Below are positions 18,131-18,255 of a stretch of 18,255 nt of DNA, in pieces. The stretch is from contig CAVSIV010000005.1 in assembly GCA_963728205.1 (NCBI GenBank), forward strand, positions 1 through 18,255, read 5' to 3'. A program made the position numbers and the translations under genes. The first letter of the stretch is position 1; each line of letters starts with the position of its first letter. This DNA is from an uncultured Chloroflexia bacterium. Lineage in GTDB: Bacteria > Chloroflexota > Dehalococcoidia > UBA2979. The notes under the pieces are model-generated. The model did not search any database. It worked only from the letters and a program-made list of their open reading frames with translations, and was not told the origin of the DNA.

Positions 18131-18255
18131 CGTGCGCGAGCCAAGGGCAACCGGCTACCACGGGAGGCCAACCCAACGTTAGGCATCACGCGCACACCGG
18201 AAACCGCAGTTGCCCAACAAGGTGTCCGGAGTGTTCTTACTGCGCGCGGCGACGC

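Noticed and set aside
18171-18255. Integron attC-like boxes (ACCCAAC-GTTAGGC at 18171-18184, GCCCAAC at 18212-18218)
   Set aside because: No paired R and L boxes enclosing a long imperfect hairpin can be shown within the window, and no integron integrase is present. IntegronFinder on the extended sequence would settle it.

Overview
Very GC-rich bacterial DNA in two parts, probably from a Chloroflexota (Dehalococcoidia-like) or actinobacterial host; the host is inferred from the gene families. Frequent single-base indels split most genes across frames, so the proteins were rebuilt by eye from overlapping ORFs and many coordinates are approximate. Positions 1-~12386 are one end of an integrative conjugative element. 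A tyrosine integrase (+) converges on one tightly coupled minus-strand operon: VirB6-like (5'-truncated), lytic transglycosylase, VirB8/NTF2-like, T4SS pilin, PrgI, TraC-like partner, VirB4, CHC2/Toprim primase, VirD4-like coupling protein, Replic_Relax (MOB_C-like, PD-(D/E)XK) relaxase, Phd/YefM antitoxin, PIN toxin and a small conserved hypothetical. The relaxase appears to hold two tandem nuclease units, with the catalytic residues lost from the N-terminal one. At ~12386 the element joins abruptly, in the middle of both genes, to a catabolic cluster: enoyl-CoA hydratase, two family III CoA-transferases (one lacking the catalytic Asp), a divergent M28-fold protein and a beta-lactamase-family serine hydrolase. 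No rRNA, complete tRNA or CRISPR array was seen.
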